Under the pieces are notes generated by a model. It saw only the letters and a program-made list of their open reading frames with translations, had not been told where the DNA came from and made no database searches. A DNA stretch of 32,000 nt, taken from contig NZ_CP034549.1 of the NCBI RefSeq assembly GCF_003966335.1, positions 2,730,001-2,762,000 on the forward strand, read 5' to 3'. Of this stretch, positions 28,567 through 32,000 are shown piece by piece (within the stretch, counting starts at the first letter, position 1; the number at the start of each line of letters is the position of its first letter). This stretch comes from Nonlabens ponticola. GTDB lineage: Bacteria; Bacteroidota; Bacteroidia; Flavobacteriales; Flavobacteriaceae. Position numbers and translations under genes: made by a program.

Positions 28567-29246
28567 ATTTGAGATAATCGTTCTACGCGATAACCATTGT
28601 AATTAGCATCAATTTTATCTGGATCAAACCATACAGCTTGCATACCAGCCGCAAGGGCTCCTTCAACATCAGCTTCCAAACTATCGCCTACCATTAGGCT
28701 ATTGAATGGCGTTGCACCAGTATCTTTCATTGCTTGCTCAAATATTTTGAGGTCTGGCTTCTTCACACCTGCAGTTTCTGCTGTCAGCATGTAGGCAAAA
28801 TATTTTTTGAGTCCCGCATTAGTAATTTTATATTCCTGTACCTCATCAAAACCATTAGTAATTAAATGAATTTGATAACGATCTTTCAAACCATCTAATA
28901 ACTCAAGACATCCTTCAAAAAGATGATTATGTTCAGGTAGTTTGAGAATATATTGATCTGCAATGTGGTCAATCTGAACCTTGTCGACTTCAATTCCATA
29001 AGAATCAAAAGCTGTTTTCAATCGCTGAAATCTCAATTCTTCCTTTGATATCTCATTATGGCGATACATTTTCCAGAACTTAAGATTGAGAGGTATATAG
29101 ATCTGGACAAACTTTTCAATATCTATATCAAGATTTTCCTCCTTAAAAATCCCTGCATAGGTCAATTTACTGTTCCTGTCAAAATCCCATAATGTATGAT
29201 CCAGGTCAAAAAATATATGTTCTATGTTCTTAAAGTCACTCATCAA
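28548..29246 (-). CDS. HAD-superfamily hydrolase, YjjG-like noncanonical pyrimidine nucleotidase
   Basis: 232 aa with HAD motif I FFDLDHTLWDF and motif IV VGDSLEADVEGA. The start may be either of the two adjacent Met codons. Confidence 0.8.
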   Translation of the reverse strand: MMSDFKNIEHIFFDLDHTLWDFDRNSKLTYAGIFKEENLDIDIEKFVQIYIPLNLKFWKMYRHNEISKEELRFQRLKTAFDSYGIEVDKVQIDHIADQYILKLPEHNHLFEGCLELLDGLKDRYQIHLITNGFDEVQEYKITNAGLKKYFAYMLTAETAGVKKPDLKIFEQAMKDTGATPFNSLMVGDSLEADVEGALAAGMQAVWFDPDKIDANYNGYRVERLSQIQELLS

Positions 29247-30528
29247 TGAGGTATTTCAATATTTTCATAGCGTGACTATTGATCTCGCTATCAAAATGTT
29301 CTAAGTAAAATTGTACTGTCAAGTTGCCACCAGAATGTTTGAGACTATTTTTTACGGAACGTACACTAGCCATCTGCCCATCAAGTGTTTGCATCATGAT
29401 CGCATTATAATGCAAGGCATACGGCTTTATTACTAGCGGTGTTTGCACTTCATAGTCAAGGTCATAAAAGTAAAACGGCTGGCTGGTGCTTGCACGATAA
29501 CCAGGCATATTGACATAACCCATGCTGTAATCCTCTACTGATTTTGTATCGACCAGCAGCTTATAATGACCAGGCATACTAATTTTTGACATAGCCGCCA
29601 TAGTAGCGCCTAGCGGTCTTTTGAGCAATTCCTCAAATCTTTTTTCTTCTTGCAACACCTGTCGTTGATCAGCATTACTAGAAAACCTCAACCCTAGATT
29701 TGTATAATCACCCACATGCTTTATTTGTTCAATGTAGGTCTTGCTTTTATAGGTAGTGCCGGTATCGGTGCCGGTAAAGTTTCCTAGATGATAAAAGAAG
29801 ATAACCTGTTCTCGCAAGGATCTGCCAGAGATAGTTGCACGCAAAACGTCTAGAATACTCTGGATGTTATCATATGGATCTATGGCTAGATTAAGTAAGA
29901 CGCGCAGTTGATTGACTGCTCTACTCAAATTCAATTGTCTCACAGACTTAGAAAAGGACCTCAAGTTTACCAAGATGCCACGATGACGGTATTTGTAGAA
30001 ACTGCCTATTTCAAAGGTTATTTTTTTGTGGGTATTCCGCTTTCGCGAAAGCGTAATCTCTCCAACACTTAACTCACTCGATAACTTGTTCATCCACAAG
30101 TCAACCAGCGGCAATGCAAGAAAGTTGTTCTTATATGCCACACTTTCCTGTGGACTGTAACGGCCATACTCATCTTTAACCTGCGGCAAGTACTCTTCAT
30201 AGCGCGTAATCAAATAAAATGCGGCGCTAAAAATATCAAATGGCAGGCTACTCGTTTCTGGCGCCGCAAAAAATGCAGGTAAATCATCCCAAAATGTCAT
30301 CTCAATCGCGTGATCGTCGATGCCGTGCTCATCTAGCAATCCCATGGACCAGATGAACATCTCGTCGCCCAGCGGCTTATTACCGTATGAAAATTTGATA
30401 CCGTCATGACTAACGAATGCACTAAGATCTGATGTGACGTCGTAGTCGGTCTGCATCATCCTTTTAAAGATGTGCTTGAAGATATATTGCTTTCTAGCAG
30501 TTAGATCTGGACAGTAGATTAAAATCAT
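29236..30528 (-). CDS. Conserved Bacteroidota protein of unknown function (possibly a polysaccharide-deacetylase-family protein)
   Basis: 430-aa ORF translationally coupled to radC (ATGA overlap) and overlapping the HAD gene start. The N-terminus MILIYCPDLTARKQYIFKHIFKRM resembles proteins I recall being annotated as polysaccharide deacetylase family. The CDS call is solid and the function is uncertain. Confidence 0.6.
   Translation of the reverse strand: MILIYCPDLTARKQYIFKHIFKRMMQTDYDVTSDLSAFVSHDGIKFSYGNKPLGDEMFIWSMGLLDEHGIDDHAIEMTFWDDLPAFFAAPETSSLPFDIFSAAFYLITRYEEYLPQVKDEYGRYSPQESVAYKNNFLALPLVDLWMNKLSSELSVGEITLSRKRNTHKKITFEIGSFYKYRHRGILVNLRSFSKSVRQLNLSRAVNQLRVLLNLAIDPYDNIQSILDVLRATISGRSLREQVIFFYHLGNFTGTDTGTTYKSKTYIEQIKHVGDYTNLGLRFSSNADQRQVLQEEKRFEELLKRPLGATMAAMSKISMPGHYKLLVDTKSVEDYSMGYVNMPGYRASTSQPFYFYDLDYEVQTPLVIKPYALHYNAIMMQTLDGQMASVRSVKNSLKHSGGNLTVQFYLEHFDSEINSHAMKILKYLIDE
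30039..30056. repeat. Copy C of the short palindromic repeat (GCTTTCGCGAAAGCGTAA; perfect 16-bp palindrome 30038-30053)
   Basis: Lies inside the 430-aa CDS. On the coding (minus) strand, ACG CTT TCG CGA AAG CGG encodes TLSRKR. Confidence 0.9.
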
Positions 30529-31226
30529 GGCATGATCCCATTATCTGCAAAACTGTAGAAATCTCTTGCGGTGACTATAACATGATCCAGCACTTTGATA
30601 TCCAGCATTTTTCCAGCTTCCTGAATTTTTTGGGTGATATGCTTATCAGGTGCACTGGGCTTAAGGCTGCCGCTAGGATGGTTGTGTGCTAGTATTAATG
30701 CGACGGCTCCCATTTCAATTGCTTTGCGGTAAATCAATCGTGTATCGACATGTGTTGCCGTAATACCACCTTTACTCAATTGATGGGTATCCAGAACCTT
30801 GTGTGAGTTATCAAGTAATAAAATCCAAAACTCCTCATGTTTGAGCTCACCTAATGACGGTTGCAAAAGTTTGAATGCGTCATCGCTACAACTTATTCTT
30901 GTAATCTTCTCTGGCAATTCCATCGCGCGCCTACGACCCAATTCCATTGCGGCTGCTATGGTAATGGCTTTAGCCTCACCTATTCCCTTATGCTTTTGCA
31001 GTTCTTTAAGGCTTTTGAGTCCCAATTGCTGCAAGGAATTGTCTGCATTATTGAGTATTTGTCGGCTTAAATCCACAGCGCTTATAGACACCGTACCAGA
31101 TCCTAATAAAATGGCCAACAACTCTACCTCGCTTAATGCGCTGGCGCCTTTTTTCAAAAGCTTTTCTCGTGGTCGATCCTCTTGTGACCAGTCCTTGATA
31201 GATATGTAGCTAGGTAGATCAGGCAT
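30525..31226 (-). CDS. radC: RadC-family JAB/MPN domain protein
   Basis: 233 aa with a helix-hairpin-helix region (LQKHKGIGEAKA) and the JAB motif LAHNHPSG. Confidence 0.9.
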   Translation of the reverse strand: MPDLPSYISIKDWSQEDRPREKLLKKGASALSEVELLAILLGSGTVSISAVDLSRQILNNADNSLQQLGLKSLKELQKHKGIGEAKAITIAAAMELGRRRAMELPEKITRISCSDDAFKLLQPSLGELKHEEFWILLLDNSHKVLDTHQLSKGGITATHVDTRLIYRKAIEMGAVALILAHNHPSGSLKPSAPDKHITQKIQEAGKMLDIKVLDHVIVTARDFYSFADNGIMP

Positions 31227-31231
31227 TCTCT

Positions 31232-31993
31232 CTATCTGATAAATGTAGGTTCCAGCTCATCTTCTGTATGAGACTCACTGTATCTATAACCATTAACATC
31301 AAAGTCATGGATACCTGCTAGGGATGAAACATCATTTTCAACTAGAAATCTAGCCATGCTACCTCTTGCCTTTTTAGCATAAAAAGAAATAATCTTGAGC
31401 TTATCGTTTTTATAGTCTTTGAATACCGGCGATATCAACTTTCCCTTTTGGCTATCAAGATTTATCGCTTTGAAGTATTCATTGCTGGCAAGATTGACAA
31501 GTAATTCATCATCTTTCATCTCGCTATTTAGCTGCGCAGTAATGCGATCATTCCAGAATTCATATAAATTCTTGTCATGACCTAACGACAGGTCTGTTCC
31601 CATTTCTAACCTGTAAGGTTGTATTAAATCCAATGGTCTGAGCACGCCATACATACCTGATAAAATTCTAATACTATCCTGAGCTTTATCTAGGTGATCA
31701 GTGTCAAGTGAATAGGCGTCAAATCCGCTGTACACATCACCAGCGAAGGCATAGATCGCTGGTCTTGAATTGTCCTTATCAAAATGTTCCTGGAAATCTT
31801 GATATCTTGAGTGGTTGAGATCAGCAAGTTTTGCAGAGATGCTCATAAGATCCTGTAAGTCTGCCTTAGTTTGACGTTCCAGTTTTCTATTAATGGTGAT
31901 TGCCTCTTCTTTAAATAAAGGTTGAGTACCTCGAGAAGTTGGCAGTTTGCTTTTATAATCCAGCGTCTTTGCTGGCGACAACAAGATTTTCAT
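31232..31993 (-). CDS. yaaA: Peroxide stress protein YaaA (UPF0246/DUF328)
   Basis: 253 aa starting [12 protein letters not shown], with typical YaaA sequence throughout. Confidence 0.9.
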   Translation of the reverse strand: MKILLSPAKTLDYKSKLPTSRGTQPLFKEEAITINRKLERQTKADLQDLMSISAKLADLNHSRYQDFQEHFDKDNSRPAIYAFAGDVYSGFDAYSLDTDHLDKAQDSIRILSGMYGVLRPLDLIQPYRLEMGTDLSLGHDKNLYEFWNDRITAQLNSEMKDDELLVNLASNEYFKAINLDSQKGKLISPVFKDYKNDKLKIISFYAKKARGSMARFLVENDVSSLAGIHDFDVNGYRYSESHTEDELEPTFIR

Positions 31994-32000
31994 TTTCTTT

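Noticed and set aside
26431-31209. Plus-strand ORFs 26431-26727 (antisense to the rhomboid gene), and 30799-31209 and 30861-31070 (antisense to radC).
   Set aside because: These are shadow ORFs opposite well-supported genes, with Ser/Cys/Leu-rich translations and no motifs.
1-32000. Scan for tRNA or rRNA genes, CRISPR arrays, IS elements, transposases, integrases, phage genes, toxin-antitoxin pairs and known defence-system hallmarks.
   Set aside because: None was seen. Every long ORF is accounted for by the ribosomal operon, the OMP/SusC/SusD locus or housekeeping genes. The only repeats are the 2.5-kb duplication, the (GAY)n tracts and the short palindrome family.

Overview
The window looks like a Bacteroidota chromosome, most likely a marine Flavobacteriia-type genome. 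This call rests on gene order, a SusC/SusD pair, TAnnTTTG-type promoter boxes and AT-rich sequence.

Layout:
- 1-15.6 kb, minus strand: the complete str/S10/spc/alpha ribosomal-protein superoperon, running rpsL-rpsG-fusA-rpsJ through rpsD to the start of rpoA. It includes two small genes missing from the ORF track, rpmJ and rpmD, which I recovered by hand translation. There is no tuf, adk or map, which is the usual Bacteroidota arrangement.
- 15.7-25.7 kb, plus strand: the only accessory-looking part. It holds an Omp85/TpsB-like beta-barrel gene, one SusC/RagA-type TonB-dependent transporter, then a susD-like gene plus a 280-aa lipoprotein gene present twice.
- 25.7-32 kb: housekeeping genes rlmB, a rhomboid protease and rarA, followed by a tightly coupled minus-strand cluster yaaA-radC-(430-aa unknown)-yjjG-like HAD.

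I found no rRNA, tRNA, CRISPR, transposase, integrase or recognisable defence or toxin genes, and I cannot honestly name a new multi-gene system here.

Signals most worth following up:
1. The 2,548-bp duplication is mosaic. The first 1,859 bp are 100% identical, then 22 mostly synonymous substitutions fall within 580 bp.
2. An 18-nt string (palindromic core GCTTTCGCGAAAGC) occurs three times. Two copies sit inside unrelated CDSs, read in the same frame as LSRKR.
3. The SusD-like protein and its partner lipoprotein are extremely acidic, and SusD carries a 17-Asp tract.
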